The translations under genes and the position numbers were made by a program. A model generated the notes under the pieces. That model ran no database searches. It was not told where the DNA came from and was given only the letters and a program-made list of their open reading frames with translations. DNA of 64,000 nucleotides from an uncultured Actinomycetes bacterium (lineage in GTDB: Bacteria > Actinomycetota > Thermoleophilia > Gaiellales > F1-60-MAGs149): the NCBI GenBank assembly GCA_963722525.1, contig CAVRMM010000002.1, positions 2,985,621 through 3,049,620 on the forward strand, in the 5' to 3' direction. This document shows, one piece after another, positions 1 to 9,496 of the stretch (position 1 is its first letter; every line of letters starts with the position of its first letter).

Positions 1-306
1 CGCGTGCTTGAGCGACTCGATCTCGAGGTTCGCGATCGCCTTGCCCGACACGTCCGGCACGCTCATGCCGAGCGCCAGCGAGTAGACGAGGTTCCCCACC
101 ACGACGTTCCTCTTGAACTGCGTCTCCGTCTCGGCGTAGTGCGCATCGGTGTGGAGCGGGTGGTGGTTCATCGTGATCATGCAGAACAGGTGGTCGTCGG
201 CTTCGGTGATCGTCTTGCCGGGCCAGTGCACGTACACGTCGCCGACCTCGAAGTCCTCGAGGTAGCGGCCGAAGCGCGTGTCCCTGGCGTGGATCTCGCG
301 GCCCAT
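1..306 (-). CDS. MaoC-family dehydratase (candidate mesaconyl-CoA hydratase); 3' end runs off the window
   Basis: Hand translation from ATG 306 (not in ORF track): MGREIHARDTRFGRYLEDFEVGDVYVHWPGKTITEADDHLFCMITMNHHPLH, a typical MaoC N-terminus; abuts upstream acyl-CoA dehydrogenase. Confidence 0.88.
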   Translation of the reverse strand, partial: MGREIHARDTRFGRYLEDFEVGDVYVHWPGKTITEADDHLFCMITMNHHPLHTDAHYAETETQFKRNVVVGNLVYSLALGMSVPDVSGKAIANLEIESLKHA

Positions 307-308
307 CG

Positions 309-1505
309 TCACCCCTTGTACCGCGCCAGCAGCCCGCGCGCGATGATCGTCTTCTGGATCTCGGACGTGCCCTCGCCGATCAGCAGCATCGGCGCGTCGC
401 GGTAGAGCCGCTCGATCTCGTACTCCTTCGAGTAGCCGTAGCCGCCGTGGATGCGGAACGACTCCTCGACGACCTCCTTGCACATCTCCGACGCGAAGTA
501 CTTGGCCATGCCGGTCTCGACGTCGGCGCGGCGGCCGGCGTCCTTGGCGCGCGCGGCCTGCACGGTCAGCAGGCGCGCCGCCTCGATCTTGGTCGCCATC
601 TCGGCCAGCTTGAACTGGATCGCCTGGTGGCGGTGCAGCGGCTTGCCGAACGTCTCGCGCTCGTGGGCGTACCGGATGCCGAGCTCGTACGCGCGCCGCG
701 CGACGCCCACGCCGCGGGCCGCCACGTTCGCGCGGCCAACCTCGACGCCGCTCATCATCTGCGCGAACCCCTTGCCGATGCCCGCCTCGCCGCCGAGCAG
801 CGCGTCGTCCGGCACGCGGTGGTTGTCGAACACCAGCTCCGTCGTCTCGACGCCCTTGTAGCCCAGCTTGTGCAGCTGCGGCGGGATCGTGAGGCCGCCC
901 TGCTCGGCCACGCCCGGCTCCTTGACGACCATGAAGCACGACATGCCGGTGTGCGGCGGGTCGGCCGCCGGGTCGGTCTTCACCAGGGTCGCGACCACGC
1001 TCGAGCGCAGGCCGTTCGTGACCCACATCTTCTGGCCGTTGATGAGCCAGTCGTCGCCGTCGCGCACGGCGGTGGAGAGGATCGCCTGCACGTCGGAGCC
1101 GCAGTGCGGCTCGGTCATCGAGAAGGCGCCCCGCACCTCGCCGGTCGCCATCTGCGGCAGCAGGCGCTCGCGCTGCTCGTCCGTGCCGCTCTGCAGCAGC
1201 ATCGACGAGCAGATGAAGTGCGTGTTGATGATGCCCGAGACCGACATCCAGCCGCGCGAGATCTCCTCGATCGCGAGGCAGTAGGTGGTCAGGTCGAGGC
1301 CCATCCCGCCGTACTGCTCGGGGATCGTGAAGCCGAAGATGCCGAGCTCGCGCAACCCCTGGACGATCTCGTCGGGGAACCGGTCGGCCGCCTCGTACTC
1401 CGATGCGCGCGGGATGATCTCGCCGTCCACGAAGTCCCGTACCGCGAGCAGGATGTCCTCCTGGTCGGAAGAGAGGCCGAGCGCACGGAAGTCGGGCGCC
1501 GACAT
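309..1505 (-). CDS. Acyl-CoA dehydrogenase (candidate methylsuccinyl-CoA dehydrogenase)
   Basis: C-terminal part of ORF 309..2648 from MSAPDF; motifs FSMTEPHCGSD, NGQKMWVTN, RIHGGYGY, IGEGTSEIQ; TGATG overlap with upstream gene. Confidence 0.92.
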   Translation of the reverse strand: MSAPDFRALGLSSDQEDILLAVRDFVDGEIIPRASEYEAADRFPDEIVQGLRELGIFGFTIPEQYGGMGLDLTTYCLAIEEISRGWMSVSGIINTHFICSSMLLQSGTDEQRERLLPQMATGEVRGAFSMTEPHCGSDVQAILSTAVRDGDDWLINGQKMWVTNGLRSSVVATLVKTDPAADPPHTGMSCFMVVKEPGVAEQGGLTIPPQLHKLGYKGVETTELVFDNHRVPDDALLGGEAGIGKGFAQMMSGVEVGRANVAARGVGVARRAYELGIRYAHERETFGKPLHRHQAIQFKLAEMATKIEAARLLTVQAARAKDAGRRADVETGMAKYFASEMCKEVVEESFRIHGGYGYSKEYEIERLYRDAPMLLIGEGTSEIQKTIIARGLLARYKG

Positions 1506-2431
1506 CAGCCCTCCGCGGGGGTTGGCGTCATGCCGGCCGCGCGACCGGCGGCCTCCACCTGGAGCGCCATCTTGCGGCTCGCCTCGTCGATCATCTCGCC
1601 GTTGAACATGACCGCGCCGCGGCCCTCGTCCTCGGTCGCGATGCGGTACGCGTCGAGGATCGCCACGGCGAGGTCGAACTGCTTCTGCTCGGGCGAGTAG
1701 ACCTCGTTCGCGATCGTGATCTGGTCGGGGTGCAGCGCCCACTTGCCGTCCATGCCCAGCAGCCGCGAGCGGCGCGCGACCTCGCGCATGCCGTCCAGGT
1801 CGCGGATCGCGGCGAACGGCCCGTCGATCGCCTGCAGCCCGTACGCGCGCGCCGTGTTGACGATGCGCGCGTTGATGTAGTGCCACTGGTCGCCCGGATA
1901 GTCGCGCTCGATCGCGCCGACCGTCAGCTGCGGCACGCCGAGGTTCGCGGCATAGTCGCCGGGGCCGAAGATGATCGTCTCGGCGCGCGGCGAGGCGGCC
2001 GCGATCTCCTCCATCTTGACCGTGCCGTGGCCCGTCTCGATCTGCAGCTCGAGGCCGATGCGGCCCACCTCGAGTCCCAGGTCGAGCTCGAGCTGCGTCA
2101 GCAGGTGCGCCACGAAGTGCACGTGCGAGGCGTCGTGGACCTTCGGGATCATGATGCAGTCGAGCTGCGCGCCGGCGCCCTCGACGATGTACGTGATGTC
2201 GCGCCAGCACCACCGCGTCGCGACCCCGTTGATGCGCACGACCTTCGTCTTCGCCGTCCACTCCTCGCGCAGCGCGTCGACGATGTTCTGGCGCGTCGCG
2301 TCGGTCTTCTCCGACTCCGCCACCGCGTCCTCGAGGTCGAGGAACACCTGGTCGGCCGGCAGCGTGCGGGCCTTGAGGAGCATCTTCGGGCTCGAGCCCG
2401 GGACGGCGAGGCAGGATCGGCGAAGGCGCAT
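1505..2431 (-). CDS. CitE/HpcH-family CoA-ester lyase (candidate malyl-/methylmalyl-CoA lyase)
   Basis: RRSCLAVPGS, DLEDAV, VRIN, QIET, FGPGDY, GKWALHPDQI motifs. Confidence 0.92.
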   Translation of the reverse strand: MRLRRSCLAVPGSSPKMLLKARTLPADQVFLDLEDAVAESEKTDATRQNIVDALREEWTAKTKVVRINGVATRWCWRDITYIVEGAGAQLDCIMIPKVHDASHVHFVAHLLTQLELDLGLEVGRIGLELQIETGHGTVKMEEIAAASPRAETIIFGPGDYAANLGVPQLTVGAIERDYPGDQWHYINARIVNTARAYGLQAIDGPFAAIRDLDGMREVARRSRLLGMDGKWALHPDQITIANEVYSPEQKQFDLAVAILDAYRIATEDEGRGAVMFNGEMIDEASRKMALQVEAAGRAAGMTPTPAEG

Positions 2432-2500
2432 TCCGGGATCCTAGATCGCATCCGCCCGGTGCTGCGGCACGCCGTCGGGCCAGAGTCGTACGCTTCGCAG

Positions 2501-3130
2501 GTGGACCAGATGCGGCTCCTCCTGGCACGGCACGGCCACGCGACGAGCGGGCCCGACCATCGCTGGACGGCCGAGGACCCGCTGACGGCGCTCGGCCACC
2601 GCCAGGCGGCGGAGCTCGGCCGGCACGTCGCGTCGCTGCGCCGGCCACCGACGCGCATCATCGCGTCGCCGGCCGTCCGGGCCCGGCAGACCGCCGCCGC
2701 CTGCGCCCGCGAGCTCGGCCTCGAGGTGTCGATCGACGACCGGCTGATCGAGTTCGGATCGGGTGCGATCTCGCCGTTCACCCTGTCGGAGATGTTCGAG
2801 CAGATGCCGTACGACGAGATCTGGCACGCCGACGACTCGGCCTGGGACGGCGAGAGCGTCGGCACCTTCTGGAGCCGCACCGCCGACGCGATCGAGGAGG
2901 TCATCGCCGGTGGCGGGCTGCCGCTGGTGGTCTCGCACGGCGGCACGACGACGGCGATCCTGCGCCACCTGCTGCACGTCGGGCCCGGCTCGCCCGACGC
3001 GATCCACTTCTTCATGTCCAACGCCGGGCTGTCCGACGTGCGCCTGCGCGCCGACCGCATGGGCCGCCGCCGCTCGATGCTGATGCGCATGAATGACACC
3101 CACTACCTGTCCGACGTCACGGAAGTCTGA
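2501..3130 (+). CDS. Histidine phosphatase (phosphoglycerate mutase-like) family protein
   Basis: LLLARHG, ASPAVRARQTA, VVSHGG motifs; TACGCT lies 6 nt before GTG 2501 (alternative ATG 2510). Confidence 0.85.
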   Translation: MDQMRLLLARHGHATSGPDHRWTAEDPLTALGHRQAAELGRHVASLRRPPTRIIASPAVRARQTAAACARELGLEVSIDDRLIEFGSGAISPFTLSEMFEQMPYDEIWHADDSAWDGESVGTFWSRTADAIEEVIAGGGLPLVVSHGGTTTAILRHLLHVGPGSPDAIHFFMSNAGLSDVRLRADRMGRRRSMLMRMNDTHYLSDVTEV

Positions 3131-3156
3131 GGGCCCGAACCGGTACCCTGCCGCGC

Positions 3157-4203
3157 ATGCGTCGCGTGTTGTCCGGGACCCTGGCCGCGCTGGCGGTCGC
3201 CGTCCCCGCCCAGGCCGCTCCGTCGCTCGTCTCGGCCACCGCCGACGGCGTACCCGTGGCCGTCACCGTCGACGAGCACCTGGGAGCGGGCACCGCCTCG
3301 TTCCAGGTACCGCCGGGCGCCGGCCTGAACGCGGCGTCGGTGTACGAGATCGTCGTCGACACCGGCTCGTGGCAGGCCCGTGAGGCGCGCGTCACGGGTC
3401 GCGGCGTCAGCGTCGCCATCAGCGGCACGCGCGTCACGATCCGCCTGCGCCCCGCTGCCACGTCGTGGAGCCCGGCGCTCGCGGTGTGCACCGCCGACGG
3501 AGCCTGCGGCGACGCCACCACGCGCGCGACCGAGGATCTGAGCGGCCGGGCCGAGGGCGTCCTCAGCGACCTGCGCGCCGCCGTGCCGCCGGGCGGCCCT
3601 GCGATCCGCGCCGGGCTCTGGCAGGCGTCGAACGCGCAGTACCTGGCGCCCGCGGTCTACGACGCCGCCGTCCGCGCGTTCACCGTGCGCCTCGGCAACC
3701 CGCACCTGCGCCTCAGCGGCGCGCCGGCCACCGGCGCCTACGAGGCCTTCCTGCCGAACGCGGTGCTGCCCTCCTACCTCGGCATCGCCGCCGCCGGCGA
3801 TGTCGACGCGGGGAGCATCGTGGTGACCCGCACCGACGGTCCGAGGACGAGGCTGGTCGCAGCGCCCGTGCTCACTCGCGTCGCCGGTGGCGTCGAGCTG
3901 CGGATCGCGGGCATCGGCTACTCGACGGCGACCTACCGCATCTACGGCGTGTCACGCGCCCTGCCGACCAGGATCCGGTCGCTCGGGGTGCGCCGGCCGT
4001 CGGCGGCCAGGGTCCGGCTCGGCTGGCGGGCCCCGGCGCGGAACGGCGCCATGCCGGTGACGACCTATCGCGTGCGCTGCGGCACGAGCGCGGCCACCGT
4101 CCGCGGCCGCAGCGTCCTCATCCGCGCTCGGGCGGGCGTGACGTGCTCGATCCGGCCGCACTCGGCCGCCGGCTATGGCCCGGCCGTGCTGAAGCGGGTC
4201 TGA
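3157..4203 (+). CDS. Secreted hypothetical protein with C-terminal basic FN3-like domain
   Basis: Signal peptide ending PAQA; C-terminal VRLGWRAP..NG..PVTTYRVRC...GYGPA. Confidence 0.7.
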   Translation: MRRVLSGTLAALAVAVPAQAAPSLVSATADGVPVAVTVDEHLGAGTASFQVPPGAGLNAASVYEIVVDTGSWQAREARVTGRGVSVAISGTRVTIRLRPAATSWSPALAVCTADGACGDATTRATEDLSGRAEGVLSDLRAAVPPGGPAIRAGLWQASNAQYLAPAVYDAAVRAFTVRLGNPHLRLSGAPATGAYEAFLPNAVLPSYLGIAAAGDVDAGSIVVTRTDGPRTRLVAAPVLTRVAGGVELRIAGIGYSTATYRIYGVSRALPTRIRSLGVRRPSAARVRLGWRAPARNGAMPVTTYRVRCGTSAATVRGRSVLIRARAGVTCSIRPHSAAGYGPAVLKRV

Positions 4204-4209
4204 GCGCCG

Positions 4210-5562
4210 TCAGACCTGGAACCGGGTGATCGCCTCGAGGTGCTCCTCGCGGAGCGCGTGGTCGACGACGCCGAGCCCGGTCTCCGGTGCCATGCACAGC
4301 ACGCCGACCTTGCCGAGGTGCACGTTCTCGGACACGTCGTCGGCGGCCCGGCCGGCCTCGGTCAGCGGGTAGGTCTTGGAGAGGATCGGGTGCGTGCGCG
4401 CCTGGCGCACGAGCTCGTTGGCGCGCCACGCCTCGCTGTAGTTGGCGAGGTGCGAGCCGACGATCGACTTCGCGAACATCCACAGGTAGCGGTTGTCGAA
4501 CTCGTGCAGGAAGCCCGACGTCGACGCGCAGGTGACGACCTTGCCGCCGCGGCGCGCGACGAACACCGAGGCGCCGAACGTGTCGCGCCCCGGGTGCTCG
4601 AAGACGATGTCGACGTCGCGGCCGCCGGTCAGCTGGCGGATCGTCTTGCCCAGCCGCAGCGCCTCCTTGGGGTTCTGCTTGCCCGTCTCCGGATCCCAGA
4701 ACTGGAACGCGAGCTCCTTGCGGTCGATCACCAGGTCGGCGCCCATCGAGCGGCAGACGGCCGCCTTCTCGGGGCTCGAGACGACGCACAGCGGTGTGCC
4801 GCCGCCGTTCAGCACGTACTGCGTCGCGAAGCCGCCGAGGCCGCCGCCGGCACCCCAGATCAGCACCACGTCGCCCTGCTGCATGCGGGCGCCGTTCGGG
4901 CCGACGAGCATGCGGTAGGCGGTGCAGTTGGTGAGCGGCATCGACGCCGCCTCCTCCCACGTCAGGTGCCCCGCCTTCGGCATCAGCTGGTCGGCCTTCG
5001 CCAGGCACACCTCGCCCAGGCCGCCGTAGTTGGACTCGAAGCCCCACACGCGCTGGTCGGGGTCGAGGATCGTGTCGTCGTGGCCCTGCGGATCCTCCAG
5101 CGCCACGTCGTTCGGGTGCACGACCACGCGGTCGCCGGGCTTCCACTTGGAGACGGCGGAGCCGGTGCGCAGCACGACGCCGGCGGCGTCGGAGCCGACG
5201 ACGTGGAACGCCTGGTCGTGGCGCTTGCCCCAGTAGCCGCGCACCTTCGCGTAGCGCGACAGGAAGGCGAAGGTCGGCACCGGCTCGAAGATGGCCGACC
5301 AGACGGTGTTGAAGTTGATCGAGGACGCCATCGTCCCGATCAGCACCTCGTCGGGTGCGATCTCGGGTACCGGCACCTCCTCCACGTGCATGGCCGCCGA
5401 CGGCCGCTTCTCCGAGCGCGGCAGCTTGCCGAGCGTCTCCGCATCCTCGGCGTGCAGCGCGACGGCGGTGTAGGAATCGGGCAGTTCGATCGCCGCGAAC
5501 TCCTCGCTCGACGCCCCCGCGTCGACCGCGCGCAGTACGGCCTTGGTGAGATCCGACGCCAT
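4210..5562 (-). CDS. ccrA: Crotonyl-CoA carboxylase/reductase
   Basis: MASSINFNTVWSAIFEP, HVVGSDAAGVV, WGFESNYGGL, VLIWGAGGGLG, DIVFEHPGR, FDNRYLWM; SD GAAGGAG upstream. Confidence 0.95.
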   Translation of the reverse strand: MASDLTKAVLRAVDAGASSEEFAAIELPDSYTAVALHAEDAETLGKLPRSEKRPSAAMHVEEVPVPEIAPDEVLIGTMASSINFNTVWSAIFEPVPTFAFLSRYAKVRGYWGKRHDQAFHVVGSDAAGVVLRTGSAVSKWKPGDRVVVHPNDVALEDPQGHDDTILDPDQRVWGFESNYGGLGEVCLAKADQLMPKAGHLTWEEAASMPLTNCTAYRMLVGPNGARMQQGDVVLIWGAGGGLGGFATQYVLNGGGTPLCVVSSPEKAAVCRSMGADLVIDRKELAFQFWDPETGKQNPKEALRLGKTIRQLTGGRDVDIVFEHPGRDTFGASVFVARRGGKVVTCASTSGFLHEFDNRYLWMFAKSIVGSHLANYSEAWRANELVRQARTHPILSKTYPLTEAGRAADDVSENVHLGKVGVLCMAPETGLGVVDHALREEHLEAITRFQV

Positions 5563-5644
5563 CAGTGCTCCTTCGGTGCGATGCCGGTGATGATCGCCGA
5601 TCGCGGCCGGACGGCGTTGCAGACCCTGCTAGCCTGGGCGCCAG

Positions 5645-6397
5645 ATGGGGATGCGGCCAAACGGCGGCTCGTCGGCCGACACCGACGCGATCTTCACGCC
5701 GATCCGCACCGCCAACGCGTTCGAGCAGACCGTTGAGCGAATCGGCCGGGCGATCAAGATGGGCCTGCTCCGGCCATCGGAGCGGCTGCCCTCGGAGCGT
5801 GACCTGGCGACGCAGCTCGCGCTGTCCCGGTCGACCGTGCGCGAGGCGCTGCGCGTGCTCGCCGAGGCCGGCTACCTGGAGGCGCGGCGGGGCCGGGGCG
5901 GCGGCACGTTCGTGGCCGAGGTGCTGCCCCAGCTCGAGGCGCGCGACCCGCACGACGTGCTGCGCGACCTCGGCGGCAGCCTGGGCGACACGCTCATCCT
6001 GCGCCGCGTGCTCGAGGTCGGCTCGGCCGAGCTGGCCGCCGAGCACGCCACCCGCGCCGACGTCGAGCGGCTGGCCGAGCTGATCGAGGAGGTGGCCGGA
6101 TTCGACGCGGGCTCCTATCCGTCGTACCGCGCCGTCGACTCGCGCCTGCACATCGCCATCGCCGCCATCTCCGGGTCGCTGCAGCTGGTCGAGGCGATCA
6201 CGCAGACCCACGGCGTCATCTCGGACGTCATGAACGGCATGCCCCGCTCGAACGAGACCCTGGACAACTCCACCGCCCAGCACCACCGGCTGCTGGCGGC
6301 GATCGAGAGCCATGACCGCGACGCGGCTCGCGTCGTGATGCGCGAGCACGTCGAGGGCATCGAGCGCCTCATCGCGGGCCTGATCCCGGTCACATGA
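5645..6397 (+). CDS. GntR/FadR-family transcriptional regulator
   Basis: RLPSERDLA...SRSTVREAL...RGRGGGTFV HTH plus FCD domain; divergent from ccrA. Confidence 0.93.
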   Translation: MGMRPNGGSSADTDAIFTPIRTANAFEQTVERIGRAIKMGLLRPSERLPSERDLATQLALSRSTVREALRVLAEAGYLEARRGRGGGTFVAEVLPQLEARDPHDVLRDLGGSLGDTLILRRVLEVGSAELAAEHATRADVERLAELIEEVAGFDAGSYPSYRAVDSRLHIAIAAISGSLQLVEAITQTHGVISDVMNGMPRSNETLDNSTAQHHRLLAAIESHDRDAARVVMREHVEGIERLIAGLIPVT

Positions 6398-7056
6398 GAG
6401 TCCTCGTCGCGCACTGCGAGATCGCATACGCGGGCCGCCTCGAGACCCGCCTCGCGCCGGGCGACCGCGTCGTGCTGTTCAAGGACGACGGCTCGGTGTG
6501 CGTGCACGCGCTGAAGGGCGCGAAGCCGATCAACTACATGCCGGGGCCGACCATCGTCGAGGAGACCGACGACGTGATCCGCATCCGGCGGCCGGCGAGC
6601 GGCGAGACGCTGACGATCCTGCTGCTCGGCACCCACGCCGACGACCGCCACGTCCTGATCGACGACGCCATCTTCGAGCGCCAGGGCCGCGAGAAGGAGA
6701 TCCAGGCGCTGCTCGCCCGCGCCCTCCACCTGATCGAGCCCGGGCTGGTGCTGGTCGAGCGCGAGCGGCCGACCGACGTCGGGCCGGTCGACCTGTTCTG
6801 CCGCGACGCGGCGGGCCTGGTGGCGCTCGTCGAGGTGAAGCGCGTGCGCGCCGTCGCGGCCGCCGTCGAGCAGGTGATCCGCTACCGCGAGCAGGTCGAC
6901 CTGACGCCGTCGCTGGCGCCCGCCCGCGCGATCGTCGCCGCGCCCGAGTTCGCGCCCCAGGCGCGCGTGCTGGCGGAGGCGCGGGGCGTCGAGTGCGTGG
7001 TGTTCGATCCGGCGCTCCTGCGGGGCGCAGCGGAGCCCGACCTGACGCTTTTCTGA
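6394..7056 (+). CDS. nucS: Mismatch-specific endonuclease NucS/EndoMS
   Basis: C.I.Y.GRL, K.DGSV.VH, ERPTDVGPVDL, VEVKR, EQVIRY, PQARVLAE.RG; C-terminal DLTLF clamp-binding-like motif. Confidence 0.92.
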   Translation: MRVLVAHCEIAYAGRLETRLAPGDRVVLFKDDGSVCVHALKGAKPINYMPGPTIVEETDDVIRIRRPASGETLTILLLGTHADDRHVLIDDAIFERQGREKEIQALLARALHLIEPGLVLVERERPTDVGPVDLFCRDAAGLVALVEVKRVRAVAAAVEQVIRYREQVDLTPSLAPARAIVAAPEFAPQARVLAEARGVECVVFDPALLRGAAEPDLTLF

Positions 7057-7135
7057 CGAAACCTCCCGCATGGGGCACGGCGGTAGCCACGAACGGGGGA
7101 TGAGACGAAGGCGGATTGTTCCGATCCATTCATCC

Positions 7136-7297
7136 ATGCAGCCGATGTCCACCCAGGCCGAGTATCGCCTCCTCGACGCCGTCATGAACGTGAGTGCGCT
7201 GACGGACGCCGCACCGACATTGCCGGCCCGGGAGCGCCTCAAGGGCATCGTCGGCTATCGCCTCTACCGGGCGCTGGTCGGCAGCCTCGTCCCCTGA
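7136..7297 (+). CDS. Small hypothetical protein (about 50 aa; ATG 7136 or 7145)
   Basis: MSTQAEYRLLDAVMNVS...PARERLKGIVGYRLYRALVGSLVP; host-like codon use; fills intergenic gap. Confidence 0.5.
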   Translation: MQPMSTQAEYRLLDAVMNVSALTDAAPTLPARERLKGIVGYRLYRALVGSLVP

Positions 7298-7424
7298 ACG
7301 GGAACCGGCCGGGCGCGAGGCCCGGCCGTCGGGAAGGTGGTGGTCGGTGGCGAGCCCGAGGCTCGCAACCGCATGCTCGCACCCGCCGCGTCAGGGCCTG
7401 ATACGGCGCTGGTAAGGAGCCGGT

Positions 7425-8168
7425 TCAGATGTCGAACGTCGCGCCCGGCAGCGCCAGGTCGGTGGCCGGGAACGTCGTCCGGGCGGCCGCCAGCGACACC
7501 TCGCGGTCCTCGGCCGCCAGGTGCGTCAGCACCAGCCGGCCGGCCGCGGCGTCGCGCGCCATCGCGGCCGCCTGCGGCGCGGTCATGTGGATGCCGTCGG
7601 GCGCGCCGGTCTGCACCGCGTAGGTGGCCTCGGACAGCAGCAGGTCGGCGCCGCGCGCATGCTCGACCAGGTCGGAGGTCAGCGCCGCGTCGCCGGTGAA
7701 CACGAGCGCGCGGTCGCCGTCGTCGATGCGCGTGGCGTAGGAGTGGGCCGAGTGCCGCGTGCGCGAGAACCGGAGCGTCGCGCCGGCCACCGTCAGCGCC
7801 TCGGTGCTGCGGTACTCGCGCACCGTCAGCGCGCGCTCCAGCCCGCCGATGGTGCTGCCGAACGCATCGAGGATCTCGGCCAGCACCACGCGGCCGCCCG
7901 GCGGCGTGTACAGGGTCGCGCCGGGCCACTCGAGCGGCCCGTACCGGATGCCGAACATGACCGACCACAGGTCGCTGATGTGGTCGGGATCGAGGTGGCT
8001 GAGCACGATCGCCGTCGGACCGGCCTCGCGCTCGGCCCGCAGGCGCCCGAGCACCCCGTTGCCGCAGTCCAGCAGCAGGCTGCCGCCACTGGTGTCGACG
8101 AGGTAGCCCGACGACGCCTCGCCCGGGTTCGGCCAGGACGGCGACGAGCCGAGAATCGTCAGGCGCAC
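7425..8168 (-). CDS. MBL-fold metallohydrolase (RNase Z/YhfI-like)
   Basis: LTILGS, LLDCG, SHLDPDH, FTGD, LLSEAT, HMT, LVLTH motifs. Confidence 0.9.
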   Translation of the reverse strand: MRLTILGSSPSWPNPGEASSGYLVDTSGGSLLLDCGNGVLGRLRAEREAGPTAIVLSHLDPDHISDLWSVMFGIRYGPLEWPGATLYTPPGGRVVLAEILDAFGSTIGGLERALTVREYRSTEALTVAGATLRFSRTRHSAHSYATRIDDGDRALVFTGDAALTSDLVEHARGADLLLSEATYAVQTGAPDGIHMTAPQAAAMARDAAAGRLVLTHLAAEDREVSLAAARTTFPATDLALPGATFDI

Positions 8169-8172
8169 CGGC

Positions 8173-8935
8173 TCACATGCCCATCGCGTGGTAGCCGGCG
8201 TCGACGTAGGCGATGGTGCCCGTCACGTTCTCGGCCTCGAGCAGGTACAGCGCCGTCTTCGCGACGTCGGAGGCGTCGATGTTGCGCTTCAGCGGCGACC
8301 GCTCGGCGACGATCTCCTCCATCGTCGTGAAGCCGGGGATCGACCGCGCGGCCAGCGTCCGCACCGGTCCCGCCGACACCGCGTTGATGCGGATGTTGGA
8401 CGGCCCGAGATCGGCTGCCAGGTAGCGCATCGACGCGTCCAGCGCGGCCTTCGCCACGCCCATCACGTTGTACTTCGGGACGGCCCGCTCGCCGCCCAGG
8501 TAGGTCATCGTCACGATGGAGCCGCCGCCGCGCTCGGCCATGATCGGCTCGGCGCGGCGCGCCATCGCGGTGAGGGAGTAGGCGGAGATGTCCAGCGCGA
8601 GCCAGAAGTCGTCGCGCGCCGTGTCCACGAACCGGCCCTGGAGATCGTGCGCCTGGGCGTAGGCGACGGAGTGCACCATCAGGTCGAGCCCGCCGAGGCC
8701 CTCCACGATCTCGCCGAAGGCGCGGTCGAGGTCCTCGTCCGAGCGCACGTCGCACTCCACCACGATGTCGGAGCCGATCGACGCAGCCAGCTCGGTCACG
8801 GACTTCTTGATCCGCTCGCCCTGGTACGTGAACGCCAGCTTCGCGCCGCGTGCGTGCAGCTCCTGGGCGATGCGCCCAGGCGATGGAGCGGCGGTTCGCG
8901 ACACCGGCCACGAGCGCGAGCTTTCCTTCGAGCAC
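8173..8935 (-). CDS. fabI: Enoyl-ACP reductase FabI (one apparent frameshift near 8875)
   Basis: GVANRRSIAW in one frame, then FTYQGERI, HSVAYA, YNVMGVAKAAL, NAVSAGPVRTLAA, YVDAGYH. Confidence 0.92.
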
Positions 8936-9025
8936 GATTCGCCGTCCTTGCGTCGTTGTCGCGGAGAATCTATCGCGGACGGTGCGGGACCCGTCGCGGC
9001 GGACATCGCCCGCTACTGTTGGTAC

Positions 9026-9466
9026 ATGGGACGGGGGGCGTTCGTGCTGGTGCTTGTCCTGTCGCTCGGCGCGGCTCCGGCCGCCCAAGCGGCGACGCCG
9101 GCCGTCGGCTTCAAGCGCCCGACCATCGTGCGCAACGTGGCGGGCACGCAGATCACCTCGCTGCCCCGCGGCCGCGCCCTGCAGTTCGACGTGCGCTACG
9201 TCGTCCGCAACGTGCCGGCGCGGTGGACGCAGGCGACCGCCCAGGTGTTCGTGACGCTCACCCGCGGCACCGAGGTGCTGCGCTTCCAGACCCGGCGGGC
9301 GCAGACCGAGACCGGCACCTGGCGCTGGGTCGTGAAGGGCGCGGAGGTACGCATCCCGACCTCGTATGCAGCCGGGCGCTACAAGCTCCGCGTCCGCGTC
9401 GAGATCCGCCACGGCGGCATGCGCGTGGCCCGCGTGATCCACGACCGGCGCGCCACCGTCCGCTGA
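9026..9466 (+). CDS. Secreted Arg-rich hypothetical protein (single beta-rich domain)
   Basis: Signal peptide MGRGAFVLVLVLSLGAAPAAQA; TACTGT 6 nt before ATG. Confidence 0.7.
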   Translation: MGRGAFVLVLVLSLGAAPAAQAATPAVGFKRPTIVRNVAGTQITSLPRGRALQFDVRYVVRNVPARWTQATAQVFVTLTRGTEVLRFQTRRAQTETGTWRWVVKGAEVRIPTSYAAGRYKLRVRVEIRHGGMRVARVIHDRRATVR

Positions 9467-9496
9467 CGGCAGCGCGCCGCATCGCAAACGTCTGAT

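Noticed and set aside
4210-5562. ccr as marker of a polyketide cluster
   Set aside because: No PKS genes in the window; neighbours fit primary acetate assimilation
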